A stretch of DNA of 26,682 nt, from assembly GCA_029564175.1 (NCBI GenBank), contig JAKQQL010000293.1, positions 1 through 26,682 of the forward strand, written 5' to 3'. Position 1 is the first letter of the stretch. The number at the start of each line of letters is the position of its first letter. Positions 26,253-26,682 of the stretch are shown in pieces. The DNA comes from Candidatus Cloacimonadota bacterium (GTDB lineage: Bacteria > Cloacimonadota > Cloacimonadia > Cloacimonadales > WRIO01). Under the pieces are notes generated by a model. The model was not told the origin of the DNA. It made no database searches and saw nothing but the letters and a program-made list of their open reading frames with translations. The translations under genes were made by a program, and so were the position numbers.

Positions 26253-26682
26253 ATGAAAACAAGAGTTTGTTTATTATCTGTTTTCCTGGTGTTGTCTATA
26301 TCTTTGCTAACAGCAACAGATTTAGGGATAATTTTATATAATTTCAATTTGTTTGATGATTACAGTCAGGCAAATACAGATGCAAAAAGTACCGCTTTAG
26401 GTCATACAAGATTATCTAATTCGATTGGTGTGTTTAATCTTTTTAATAACCCTTCTTTATTGCCAGAGATGAATAAAAAAAGAAATTGGTGTCAGTACCA
26501 AACATGCTGTTTACACAATATCCGGTAAATCTCAGTATAATATACCTTCTGATTATAAGTCACAACATGAGTTAAGAAATGGCTTTAGTTTCACTCCGAT
26601 TGCTTTTTCGATGCCTTTCAAAGTGAAAGAATATCAAATGGGTTGGGGCTTTGGGCAAAGACAACTGTACGATTATGATCTA
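26253..26682 (+). pseudogene. FadL/PorV-like outer-membrane beta-barrel gene with a frameshift at an A7 run; runs off the window end
   Basis: AAGGAG RBS, ATG 26253, signal peptide MKTRVCLLSVFLVLSISLLTA, then 'DAKSTALG...LFNNPSLL'. The frame stops at 26528, but removing one A from 26475-26481 gives an open frame to the window end (EIGVSTKH...IAFSMPFKVKEYQMGWGFGQRQLYDYDL). Confidence 0.65.

Noticed and set aside
26175..26528. 117-aa ORF as a complete small protein
   Set aside because: The GTG start overlaps the predicted promoter. The RBS and signal peptide point to ATG 26253, and the C-terminal residues are out-of-frame sequence after the A7 run.

Overview
AT-rich bacterial window. The NxPNPF...IFNIKGQKIK-type C-terminal sorting domains suggest an FCB-group anaerobe such as Cloacimonadota (inference only). 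In order: (1) the 3' part of a giant secreted Ig-repeat surface protein and a second secreted protein, both with FlgD-Ig/T9SS-type C-termini; (2) a minus-strand cheY-like gene followed by a 2261-aa one-piece signalling protein (Ser/Thr kinase, degenerate AAA/TPR, GAF, two PAS, HPt, CheA-type ATPase, CheX-like tail); (3) two paralogous AAA-ATPase/PD-(D/E)XK nuclease genes, duplicated together with their promoter, flanking a LEM-3-like GIY-YIG nuclease; (4) a translationally coupled gatE-gatD operon, i.e. the classically archaeal Glu-tRNA(Gln) amidotransferase in a bacterial context; (5) an inverted REP-like doublet whose arms conserve hairpin structure but not sequence; (6) an AI-2E transporter; (7) a FadL/PorV-like outer-membrane gene interrupted by a frameshift at an A7 run. 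No rRNA, tRNA, CRISPR array or transposase was seen. All family calls come from motif recognition by eye; no database searches were run.
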